From assembly GCA_904063045.1 (NCBI GenBank), contig CAJFCJ010000011.1, forward strand, positions 620,001-684,000: a stretch of DNA of 64,000 nt, in the 5' to 3' direction. Shown piece after piece: positions 48,860 to 61,323 of the stretch. Every line of letters starts with the position of its first letter. The stretch's first letter is position 1. The notes under the pieces were generated by a model that was not told the DNA's origin, searched no databases, and saw nothing but the letters and a program-made list of their open reading frames with translations. This DNA comes from Dimorphilus gyrociliatus (lineage: Eukaryota; Animalia; Annelida). Position numbers and translations under genes: made by a program.

Positions 48860-51800
48860 AAACTGGTGTAGTGAATATTATAGTGAAAGATGCAAAAAAT
48901 GCTTTGGAAATTGATGATGCGGTGCTGTTGCTTAAAAGATTATTTAAATTTGTTAAATTAATTTTATCTATTATGGTTTTAAAAAACTGCAGGTGTATAT
49001 ATCATATGTATACAGTATACATGGTAAATTTATACTTCCAATTTGTGGATAATAATAGTGATATTATCAATATAAGTAGTTGCAAGCACTAGTTGAAAAC
49101 GGAATCAAGTCTGATACGATTTTAATCATTCATTTCTTATTACTGGAATCATGTTAAGATTAAATAAAAAAGATTAGCACAAAGACAAATTAACGCTAAA
49201 ATCATATACAATTAAATTGTGGAAGTGCTTAAATTTTTCCTATCAATACTGAGTGCAACTCGTATGAAATATATACGAAATGTTACATATTAATGTCACA
49301 AAATATCTGTATACATGTATGCTAATATACGATTCATATGCTATTTTCATAAAAGTTATTAACTCTTATTATTCTAACTTAATATTTCTCTCTATTGCTG
49401 TGACACTTGTTGATATTATTCATGTTGTAACGTAAAAAATGCTTGTTTGTGTAATAGACTTTATAAAAAGAATAAAAATCTAAGCAAGCCGATAGATGTC
49501 GCCACCAATTTGATTTAGATGAAGAAAACGAAGGGAGCGTCAATAACGTATATGTTCTCGGATAAATAATAAGAGGAGAGTATGGAAGTAGGCGGTTTGT
49601 AGTGTGCGTGACTAGAAGAAAGCGTACAAGTCTGGCTGTCAGCGAGGCTTGTCATAATGTCGACGTGCGTATGACGCTTTTGCGGTAGAGACGCTCGAGG
49701 CAGGTACGCGATGCTAAGACGGTTGCTTGCGACCTCTGAACAAAGAGATAGGCCGCTCATCTTCTGTGTGATTAGTCCATCAGCGCAAGACTATATGCGT
49801 TCTCTGATCACAGGCGTCATCCTTCCCGCAGGCAAACGACGTCTCTTTTTTGTTCCACTCAGCGTGATCTTGCCCTTTGGTCTGTTCGTTTTTAATAGCG
49901 TGTATATGCACTATACACATTTCTCTATAGCACGGCCAATAAGAATATAATACGATCAATTGACCCGCGAGCACCGCTCAACGGCGATAAGACGCTCAGA
50001 CCACAAAAGACACGCGAAATTGACGCCCAAACACGCACCGAGACACGTGCACATACGGACGGCGTCACTCTAAACGCGCTCTTCGGACAAATGAACATTG
50101 TCACGTGACCCTTCCGACTTTATATGACTCTAATTGCGTGTGCGTGCGCCCTGACCTTGCAGTCGGATCATCGTTGGATTTGCTATAAAATAAAGATTTC
50201 ACTAGATGGTAAAACTCCTTTTAGTTGTCTCTTTTAATAAATAATGAGGGATAATAGTTGAATTGATATAAATATAGTTGTATGCATACGGTACACGTTG
50301 TGTGAGCGAGAAATAAGAGGCGAAAGTCGATGGGGGGGGCTTGATTGAATTATTTCAAAGTTATTCCTTGTACACATATGAATATGCAAATACATGTCTC
50401 TATTTGCGTATTGACCCAACATTCACCCGAGCAGAGCAGATGCAGATAACGGAATCGGAAGAAAAGACGCGCCTTCTGCTTCTATTACGTCATACGTACC
50501 GAGTGACGCGCTGATGATTTATATGTGCTGCGAGGAGTAAGCTCTTTTCTTACACGCACACACGTCTTCTACCATGTGTATTGTAACAAAGCTTTTACTG
50601 ATATAAATTATAATAAAAGAGAAAGATAACGCTTCTTCGCGGCCTATTTATCTCTTGACCGGTACAAAATAGATCACCCACATTCCAAGTATATTACGTC
50701 ACAGCAAGAAGCCATACAGCACCAAAGTGCATCTGTCCCTGCCCCTTGCAATTATCTATACATATGAACCTTAATGTATGCAATATGTATATTTGGGTGT
50801 GTATTTGAATGCATAAAGATTTTAAGCATACATATACTTATATTTATTTTTGGTATTAACTTATTTATTTGTATTTGTTCAATTTTATAGGAATATCGTT
50901 AAAAGTATTAGCTCGATAAACAATTTTCGTATGTCTAATTCAGAAGATTTGATATTTAATAACCATACTTACATAATACAGACAAAAATTGGTATAAATT
51001 ACTACATTTTCTACATTTCCGTTATGTTCTGTACAAATAGTTATCCAATCCATTATAAAAATCGGTTTATCTATATGTACAAGATATAGATATATTTATA
51101 TAAGATCATAGTCTAGTGCCCAAGTTAGATTCGTGACTCTTAACTGAATATTGGCGTTTTATTGGCATGTATTTTATCAAAATCAGTACTTACGATACAT
51201 GCATGCATGCATTTTTATTTGCGTGCTTGCGTGTCTTTTTTAAATATAGATTCCTTAACCGTTAAGAACTTTTTAAAAGAAAAAGTGAGTTCAAAAGCTA
51301 TTCAACTCAACAATCCAGAGATCCAACGAAACCGAAGGAGTATACATAACGAGTAAAAACCCGATATGACTTGTTAACTGTGTTACGTGAAATCGCGCAA
51401 GAAAATATTGCGCAAGTAGCGGATATATTATGCAGTAGGGCATTTGCCGCACGCTTGCAGATTAATCGTCAGAGCTGGTGGTTCTGTCTCAAGCAAATAA
51501 ATAGTTGATGAGAGTCTAGGAGAAAATGTAGATACAAAAAAAATTGTGTATTTTTTCGCGTACGTAAGTGTAAATAAAAACTATATAAATGTGTAATTAA
51601 CAAAATTATCATTAATCGTTTGCTAACAACAATCAATCGGATTAATTTTTATGTGTAATTTATTGTTATTGCACTATTTATATACTTTAATATGTAGACC
51701 TTTATTGTTCACTTATGGCCTCCTCTTCACGACCTTAAACATACATGAATATATGGTGTATATTTATATATTTGCATATATGGTATATCTATTTAATGTA

Positions 51801-53550
51801 CAGAGAAAATGAATAATTTTCCAACAGGCCCGTAATAAAAGTATAATTTCCGCCTTGCGCCTATAAGCAAATTAATTACAACGAACGCGTATACAATTTA
51901 ACGAAACTATATAGAAATATATTCGAGAGTGAGGAAAAAAATGCAATTTGAAACGTATATGGAAAACGGTCAAACTATGAATGACCCCGAACGTGAACGT
52001 ACGCAAAGTGATGTAACGACACATAAGCGGAAAACAACGAAATCATGGCGCCCATACGCATAACGATTACTCAATTTTGCATATTCGTCGGCTGCTTAAT
52101 TAGAATGCTGATTGTTGAACGAAAAACTCGCTCAGCTCTTAGCTCAGCTGACCGTTGCGTAATTTATCGGTGACCCACTTTTCAGCGGTTGTCGACCGAT
52201 GCACGTCCGCATAGCGTCTCTTCCATCCACGGTTTTAAGTTCTAGGAGAGCAACGAAATATAGGATTTTTCGAGGAACAAATTAAATAAATGTGTACTAT
52301 AATGTTTGCGTAATAGCCTAAAGCAGCTTAGACGAGAATATAGCACGTGTTGCGCGGTTCGACGAGATTACGTCATACTCGCTGTGTTCTGTTCTCGTTA
52401 CAACCCAAGTTTTGACCTCTTCCTCAGCTATATGGCGTTGTTTGCTTACAACGTTTTCGTTTAGCCTGTATATATATAAGATTTGCGTGCGTTGATTTTC
52501 CGATCATCCTAATATCGAAACGGATCGTTGAAATGCGTGCGCCGGCGCCTTGAACTTTGCCGTCACCTTTCCCGCCTCCTATATATGCACGATGGCGTCT
52601 ATTCTAAGAAAAAGTAGATCGATTGTATCGTGCCGTTTTCGGCGCTAATGACCAAAATTAATTTTAATTTTGCTTTCAATTTAAGCCATTTTTACGACCT
52701 TGTAAACGCCTTTGAACGTTTATATAGACTGATGCATGCATGTGAACGGAACTGATTGATAACGCCAACTTTTCGCACACGTATAAAAATTTTAATTGAA
52801 AAATTGACATTTTTACTTTTTAAAATAGGTGAGTTATAAAAAAGGGCGCCAAGGAGCTGGCGTCGTTATTTTATTAAGCTTATATATATTTTTAGCAAGT
52901 GCAAGCACGTTGCACAAAGTATGATATAACAACAGGCCTGAGCTGATTTCAGGACTCAGCCTGGTCAGGCAGCGGTCAGAATGTTCCATCGATTTATTGC
53001 GCCATTTCTGCGCGCTGTTACGCACCTCTGACGCGTCTTGTGACCTACTTACGCAGTAACGCCGCAACGTCTACTATATATGTTCGCATATAGAAACGCT
53101 ATACAGCGCCTACCTTATATATTTCCTGCTTTGAATGGTTTAGTAGAAAATTTCTCTTTTCATCTATACTACTTTCTATTCGATAAAATGAAACTGACAC
53201 CGATGACGTAAGAGAACCTAATGCGTTATTTACGACCGTCCCATACATCACATACGGCGTCCTTTCAAACCCCTTATGGACAACGATCGCGTAACAGAAC
53301 GTAATGGGGATGCGTAACGCTGCAAGTGACGCTATAAATATAACCGCGATCGAACGATGACCGAAAAGTGAATTTTTTCAATTTTCTTATTTTTTTACTT
53401 CCCTGTCTTTGAAACGAAAAAAAAGAAGCCAACATCTACTTTTCATAGAAAAGTTAGACACTTTTTTGAATATAAACCAGAGTAAAAGAAGCCACGCCGT
53501 TGGAAATTAAGTAAAAAGAGAGAAGGGCCTCGCGATGACCCCAAGAGAGC

Positions 53551-53640
53551 GTTACGCAACCCTTATACGCAGTGCATTGGAAGAAGGGCATGTATATGAA
53601 AATCGGTCGCTGATTGGTTGATTTCGCTGCGCGCATGCGC
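53551..53640 (+). promoter_or_regulatory. Proximal promoter of the bZIP gene: GTTACGCAAC (53551-53560), reverse CCAAT (53613-53617), NRF1 palindrome GCGCATGCGC (53631-53640)
   Basis: Motifs read directly 210-300 nt upstream of the ATG. Confidence 0.55.
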
Positions 53641-53852
53641 CTCTTCTCTAAAATGTTAGTTTCATGCTTGGCGCGCTTTTGTCCACATTATTGTGCAAGG
53701 GGTCAGAGTTGGTGCAGCAGTCGGCATTCTCACGCCCAGATCGAAGGTGGACAGGCCGCTGAAATTCGATACAATAAAGGTAGGTTGCAGTTTATTTTCT
53801 GCATTTGCAGTAGGCAAATGGCACGACGTGATGACGTGATGTTACAGTCAAA

Positions 53853-54584
53853 ATGGCGGCCGCAGTAAGTGACGGCGCGCTGGATCTATCGAAATCTACA
53901 TCTGCAATCAGCCCAAGCCCCGAACCTGCAAACAGCCTCTCCTCCGACTTAGAAACCGATGACATGAATGCGGCAAGCGTTAAGGAGGAGCTCGACACAG
54001 AAACACCGAATGCCAATCCACCATCTCCATCACCTTCAAGACCATTCAAATCCTATCCGTTTGAGTCACTGGCCAGTTTGTATGGTCCTCTTGGTCTTGG
54101 AGCAGCCTCTCCCGCCCCTCACCCTGCCCTCTATAACCCGTATGCTCCGGGTTCGACGCTCGGTGGTTTATCGGCCCTTCCCGGTTTCGATACGGCCGCT
54201 GTTTCATTGTCGTCGCCTATAGCTCAATATCTTCAACAACGGAGACGACGAACGGAATCGAGAAGTTCCGTTTCTCAATCGGCGTCTACTTCTTCTCAAT
54301 CATCAACCAACCAACTTAACGACGCTCAGCAACCTGCCTCTTCCTCATCGCCCAACAAGGTAACAAATTCTGGTTCAGAGAAGAAGGATGACTCTTATTG
54401 GGAGCGCCGACGGAAGAATAATGAAGCTGCGAAAAGATCGCGAGATGCTCGAAGGGCAAAAGAAGAGGAGATTGCCATGAGAGCAGCATTTCTCGAACAG
54501 GAAAATCTAAAACTTAGAGCGCAAGTCGCTATTTTAAAGAACGAGACAGCGAAACTGCATTATATGCTCTACAATCGTATGTAG
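53853..54584 (+). CDS. ces-2: PAR-related bZIP transcription factor, CES-2/Giant-like, single coding exon
   Basis: Basic region [41 protein letters not shown] plus leucine zipper; RPFKSYP motif; ALDLS CtBP-type motif. Assignment to ces-2 rather than giant or another paralogue is tentative. Confidence 0.88.
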   Translation: MAAAVSDGALDLSKSTSAISPSPEPANSLSSDLETDDMNAASVKEELDTETPNANPPSPSPSRPFKSYPFESLASLYGPLGLGAASPAPHPALYNPYAPGSTLGGLSALPGFDTAAVSLSSPIAQYLQQRRRRTESRSSVSQSASTSSQSSTNQLNDAQQPASSSSPNKVTNSGSEKKDDSYWERRRKNNEAAKRSRDARRAKEEEIAMRAAFLEQENLKLRAQVAILKNETAKLHYMLYNRM

Positions 54585-56147
54585 AATGTATCTGTTAGGT
54601 ATAATTGTGTGCAAGACCGGTGCTTATCTGTATTTGACCTAGAAAAAAATTAAAAGTTCGGAAACAACGGGTGACGCTTTGTACATATACATTTCTTCAC
54701 GTTTCGTTTTTGTATCCATGTTTCCTTTTCAATCCATGTATAAATGAAAAGCGCCGATCTAATGGGTTTCGCGGTCGCGGCTTTTCGTTAAACAAACATT
54801 CCCATTTGTATAGAAATAAGTTTTTAAACAGCTGCGAACAAATCGAACAGTCGCGCACGGAAACCCGTATATTTGCATCTGTACATGATCCATTTTATCA
54901 TTAATGACGTAACACCACCGAAACTAACCATTATATATGTTTGTGCTTATATACTATACAAATATAAATATAAATTTAAACATACGATGTAGTTGTTCGG
55001 AAAGGAAGTATTCATACTTAATAGTTGCTTAAAAAGAAATGAGATGACTTAAGAAAAAGCATTAAGTGATAAATGTATAAATTTTTCACATATCTAATAG
55101 ATAGTTTATGTAATTTAAACTATAAACAACTATATCTTTCACGATATATGTATAAATAGATACATATTTAATATATATTCGCTTGTGGATAGGGCATGCA
55201 TTTTATACATGCATAAATCAATTCACATGCAAGTAGGCATGTAAAGAAAATCGTGCGTCAATCGACACGCCCGCTATAGAGAAAATCGTACGAATATTTA
55301 TTAAATTATATACATTGTTCTTTGAAGAACGATGTTAATTATGCACTCGTCAAGAAAAACCGAAAAATATCTTATTCCCATCACCGTATTTGTCGACTTT
55401 TAAGAAAAAGAGGAAGAGAAATCAACGCTTAATGTTAATGCAGAGAATGCTAAGTGTCAGGGCAACCGGATACTCCCAAAGTGCGGTTAAAGAATCTCCA
55501 TCTATCTCGCATCCCTTGTCTTTCCCGAGAGATTCTGTCAAGCTCTCCCACGTTCACGAAATTTGGAATTTGGAGCGGTCTGATTGTCTTTTAATAAGAA
55601 AAGTGGAAAGTAAAAGTTGATGAGTCGTTTTCGTCATTCTATTTGCGGACGTGGCGGATATGACGTAACGTTGGCCGTGCATTACTGTCGCGCACGATTT
55701 GCATACATCCCGCCCCCTTTCCGCTTTTAGAACCCTTATTCGTCGTTGTGCAATCAATCGTAATGCGGCGATACGCCACCGCAATTTTGCGTCATAAGGG
55801 AAATTAGAAGAGTGACGTCACGATAAGGGTAAGGTCTATACAGTGTAGAAGGAACAAGCCACACCCGACAATCGTATCTACGAGCCATTAGGCAAGTTGC
55901 GGCTCTTTTGAAGTGTCAGTGACGAGCGGTAATCAGCGCATGCAGAGTTCGCCAAATTTAGCGTGCGTTCAGGAAGAAAGAGGCCATTTGTAGAGGAAAT
56001 ATACAACGTTAGATCTTTCACTTTCCATTTTTTTTTATTTTCACCGTCTTTTTTCTTTAAAGTTCGTTTATATGTACTCTCCGTATACATATACATACAC
56101 ACGCATCAACGAACGAACACCTGCTCTCTCTAGACGCTCGGAGACGT

Positions 56148-59100
56148 CTATACCGTTATTTCATTTAATAGAACATTTTGAGCTGCGTGAAGTCCTTCTG
56201 ACACCTGTAATAATAAACATCATTATTTGTCCGTTCTCAAAATCGTCCCCGATAAGAACGTCTACTATTTCACAACCCTAAACTTTCTTATTATGAGTCG
56301 TTCATAACCTGTGCATACGCCTCAAAAATGCATTACAGCTTTATATATACTTTCCCTTTCCTACTTTACATATATAGCCCAAGTTGCGTAATAAACTATT
56401 AGAGCGATAGATGGCGCCACAAACCTCTTTAAAGAAAGTAGACATGTAGCGTATAGGAAATAGAGCTGTACCGTTGGTTTCGTAACCGTCTCTGCCGACA
56501 CCGGGACTTCCAACGGTGCTGAATATTTGCATTGAAAACAAGGAAACTGTGCCGAATAAATGGCACAATAAAGCCCCGACAGAACTCTCAGGCAGAATGT
56601 ACTTGCTGCACAAATTCCACATTCCTCTATACAAGAGTAGTAAAGCTATTAAGGCGAATACATAGACACAATCTTCGTAGATTAGTCGCCATCGTTGCCG
56701 ACCGTCCATCGACGCCGACACCCTGGCTAATTTTGTTTGGAAGACGAAGAGCGACGTGCTTATAAAATAACCAGCTACCACGCAAAATAAATCGGATATT
56801 CGTGGTTGGTTCGGGAAAATAAATACATCCATTAGATCCCAAGCGTTTTTCCAGACAGATACTGCTAGGCCAAAAACAATCACGTGACTAAGAAAAGCGT
56901 CGAGGAGGTAGGGGAAGAGGTCGTTTTTTCGAGGCTGAAAATAAACAGAATGACGTAATCGAATTGACGAATTCACGCGGAGAATGTGGAAAAGAATTCA
57001 CTGAAAGGCACGACACATCAATTAAACGTGCGATATTGGCGGGAAGCTACTTGAAATTAAAGAGGACGTCCCTTACCATACGATTCATCAAGGTTGTAGG
57101 CCTAAGGAGGTCTGGTCGAAAGTCCAAATTAACGGTAAACGGGGGCCACATGCTCGTTCTTGACGTCCTCATTAAAACGAGTAGGAAATAAGACACGGAA
57201 AGCACGATTGCTGATCGTTTCCAATTATCTCCTTCCGCTTCACTCAGAACACCCCAGCCTCCCCTCCATACACTCATGTTCATCCAACTGTAAGCATACA
57301 TGTAAAAGCGGCATAACATACCCCTCAGTGTTCCGTTAATATTACGCAATTGGCGTTCCAGTAGAGGTTGAGAGAAATAAGCTGCTATTCCAAATAAACC
57401 AAATATGTACATGCTTCCGAAACGAATAATCTTAGAGTAACGAGGTAAGACATAAATATCTAATAGATCCCAACTACCTCGCCAATAAATAACAGTCATG
57501 GGAAAGAAAACTATCGAAGATAAGAAACAATCTACAATTTTGATTCTTACTCGGTCCATTCTTTCTAGATAAATCTGCGCTTTATCAGTTGTTTGTCAAA
57601 CATGTCAATAATGATGAATATCCAGAATTATCTATACTCTTTTAGTTGTGCTATTTCTTTTCTAGAAATTAGATACTTTAAATTTAATTTTATTCATTTT
57701 AAAATTTTTTTGTCACAAATCGGAAAAAGGTAAAGTTTGGAGTTACAAGAATTTATAATACCACAGACCTCTAATAAAAGCGTAACTCTCTTTCATTGAC
57801 GTAAAGCGACCATTTAATTTCTTTTACTATTTTTATCGAGAGTATTGGCACATCTTTATGCTTTCCGTTTTACATTTCAATTATCAGAAAGCTCTAAAAT
57901 TCCTTGTTACATAATTTTTATTTATAGAATACTTTATTTTTTCTTCTTTTAAAAAATTGTTACAATTAAATGGATCCAAGTTATATATATATATTACCAG
58001 TGCTTACAATTTAGAATATGCAAATTGTACTTTCCTTTCTTATTACCTTTTTTGACAAGTAGTTCCTAATAGATATAGGGTTATTCAGACTTTTCATTCT
58101 GTTTTTCCTCAAATATTTTACTTATACAATAATAAATCGTTTCTAATTGATTATTAAAGCCAGTTCATTTTTAAAGTTTTGCAATTTATTAGTTAGGATT
58201 CATTCAATATAAAAAAAACAACATATAATGTTCAAATCCTGACTTCTAGGAAAGGTATTGTCAATTATGATTATTTAATATATATATATATATATTCTAG
58301 TGATGTATTTTGATTTCGTTGTATTCTTTGACAGGACTAAAAATATTCATCACTTCTATCTAAAATGACATCCAAGGCAAATTGTTTTTTTTTCTAAATA
58401 GTAATCTAGAAACATCAATGATAAATTGGAAGCACCTTCCCTTGAATTTTTACACGCGTTAATTTCTTGTTAGATTGTGCTATTTTGGATTTTTAAAATT
58501 GTTTAAAACATTTTAAAATGAACTTTAAGATTAAAAGCTTTCAATATATATACTAAATCGTTTTTGCTATGAGGGTTTCAACTCTGTTCCATTTCGCCTA
58601 GTTTCAAAATGATTGAATAAGCTGAAAGGAACTTATATCTTTTATGTTGAAAAATTATAAACGGAAGATGGAGCTTCATTCTGGGTGATGAACCAATGCC
58701 CCCTATAGTGCAACTCTGACATATTTATTACTTTCCAAGGAATATTGTAACTTTCCCTGCGTTTAAATATTTGTCTATTTTGGGAGACGTCATACATAAC
58801 ACTTTTGCCATAAATTAAGCAAGATATTTTTTATACCATACTTTCTTTGAAAATGATTTAGCAATCGTGTTTGACGGTAAAACAAGTTGCTTTTATCTGA
58901 GATAAGATTTCAACTTAAGAATTCAGCTGTAGTATGAAGAGTTCTTTCTGTTAGCATATTTAAACAATCAGCTTCCTGTTAGAATTAACACATTGCATTT
59001 TACAAATCATTTTAGCTGATCTTGATAGAATGTATATAATAAATATTTCGAAGATTTTTTTCTTGAGTACTTTTACAAGCATATACAAAGCATATATTCA

Positions 59101-61284
59101 AATATTTCTCTTCAGCTTCTCAAAAGTCAACTACAACACAAAATTGGCTTATTAGTTGTGATAGTAATAAAAAGTACATGTACTTATTATGTTAAAACTC
59201 AGGTATACAAATAAAAATGAACATAACTATTAGACTTTCTCAGTCTAATCACGAATGTCAAACATTAAATTCTAGGCGACAAGAAAAAATTTACTCTCGC
59301 TGTGAGAATCCAGATGGCACTACCCTTTAATTATAACAAAGAGTTTACATTATGAGAATTTCGAAAGATAAAGTGTTGGCGACTTCATCTGATATTACTC
59401 CGAATACTAGCTAATATATACTTATATGTTTTAATACATAATTAATTTCCTCAAATTTCAACAATTGCTTTAAAAAAATTCACGCTCCAGACATAACTTG
59501 ATTAAGGATTTATTTAGGTTGAGTAACTGACAAACATTAATATTGAAGTTTATATGAAGAAAAATTTTAAACAGCTAATAGAATTACTATTTTTTCACGA
59601 TAGGATACAAATCTTTGTCACCCGCAATCCTTAAAATATTCAACCTATTGAGGATAACAATAACGTTTCCTGAGTGACCCATTAATCAAATCAAGTGGCG
59701 GATAAACAGCCCTTCGTAATAAAATACAGTAGTCTTTTAAAAAACGAAGGGTGTCAGCAGGTGTGCGCAAACAGTTTAGTCAGATTAATACGCTAATGAA
59801 AAGCTGCTGCGTCAATAATGACATTTGGTGAGACGTCCAGAGAGAATTTCACGTTTTCATGATCAAAGTAAAGAGGTTTTGAACGATTGTCTCCCTTTTG
59901 CTGCTGTAATTAACTGGGGTTCATATAGAACTTGCTGTTCAATCTAATATGAAGAGTATTGGTTTCAAATGTCACGCTGTTGGAAATAAGTAAGCATTAT
60001 AACATTGTGCCATTTTATCTGGAAAAGAATATTATTGTCATACAAACAACAACAGTTGGTCAGAGTTCGTACTTTGCTGACCTCGACCCTATTAAGTGAC
60101 ACTCATCTGGCGAAGAACTTTATTTAAAGCATTCCACTCATCACCTTATACCCAACGCAGATGTTGAAGGTGTCTAATTGAACAATCGGCGTCATATTGT
60201 TGTATTGTTAACGTCAGCGTCTTTTTATTAAGAGTAAATGGTAGAAAGATTATACTGTATATCTGATCGATTATTTTTATATAAATGATTTCTATGATGA
60301 TTAATTCCGTAAAAAACCGATATTGTTTACTTTTATCTAGGAGTATTTAGAGGGACATCCTTGCATAAGAAGTAATTAGACGAAAACGATCAACATGTCC
60401 TTGGCTATGTGGTATTCCATTCACATACTACTGTAAATAAAGGGTAAATTGATAATTTAACGTTTCATTTCATACTTAGGCAGTAAAACAAATTTTCTTT
60501 CAAGCACTGAATATGGAATCTTATACATTCATTAGTGGATATGACGATCTTAACTTTTTAATACATGAATATTATTCAAGTTTTATTTTATTTTTTTCAA
60601 ACAGCAAACAAAAAGATAAAAAAGCTGAAATAACAAAATGAACGTTCTAAAAGTTCCTCGCTACAGTTAGTTTTTAGAGTAGCAGATGGAGCTATAAGAT
60701 ATGCTTTTTTCGTTGCTTAAAAATGCTAAAGGAGGAAATTCTTTACCTACTTGTATTTCACTCCTGCTAAGTAGGTTGATGGTCAAAGCTAGATTTATTA
60801 TTCCTTACTACGCAATGAATTTTTCAAAGGAATGTTAATCCACTGCATAAATTGGAGCATAAAACACGTTTTGTTCATTTTACTTCATTTTTATCACAAT
60901 TTTTAATCAGATTTATTTTTTTAATAGCCTTCAAATAATTCATAACTAATACTCAATGTTCTATTACATATCTATTACTTGTTATACTGTATTATAAAAT
61001 CAATTTTTTTATGCTAAATTAAAGGATTAATGATGAATTTTAATATTTCAGAGTATCTCTATTTTAAAGCGTGTTAAATTTCATCAGTTGTAAATAAAAG
61101 TATGAATAGGAAAAAATGCTAAATAGATAAGTGTCGAAAAAATAATATTTCTAAATTTTATATATAATATAACCCTAAAAGAGATATTACGCTCTGTAAA
61201 AACGATGTTAAACAGTACATTCTCTACTTCACTTCGCAGATGCTCCAGGCGTCTAATTGACCAAAGCAAACTCCCAGCCGCCAT
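56148..61284 (-). CDS. fusl: Fuseless-family multi-pass membrane protein; core exons 57564-57077 and from 56934; putative exon 1 61284-61191; putative last exon 56204-56148 (otherwise stop at 56341)
   Basis: Repeated W-R/K-G/N-x-W motifs (YWRGSWDLLD, VWRGGW, VWKNAWDLMD, LYRGMW) in a duplicated hydrophobic unit. The GTAAGG donor at 57076 joins the TTTCAG acceptor at 56935 in frame. The terminal exons are inferred from splice sites and frame only. Confidence 0.8.
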
Positions 61285-61323
61285 ATTGTGATGCCTCGTA
61301 ACGTGTTTCACTAAACTGATTGG
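61277..61323 (-). promoter_or_regulatory. Minus-strand promoter candidate: CCAAT (61319-61323) plus YY1-type AATATGGCGGC (61277-61287) over an ATG
   Basis: Same arrangement as at BAHD1, in a GC-rich island within AT-rich DNA. Confidence 0.5.

Noticed and set aside
49515-53868. Short ORFs upstream of the bZIP gene
   Set aside because: No homology, and the GC-richer regulatory DNA lowers stop-codon frequency.
58685-58720. Box C (GTGATGA) and box D (CTGA) suggesting a C/D snoRNA
   Set aside because: Boxes only ~25 nt apart, no terminal stem and no rRNA complement recognised; a CTCF-like motif explains the GC patch better.
59380-59400. Minus-strand TAATATCAG resembling the start of miR-216b/283-family sequences
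   Set aside because: Match limited to 9 nt and no precursor hairpin visible.
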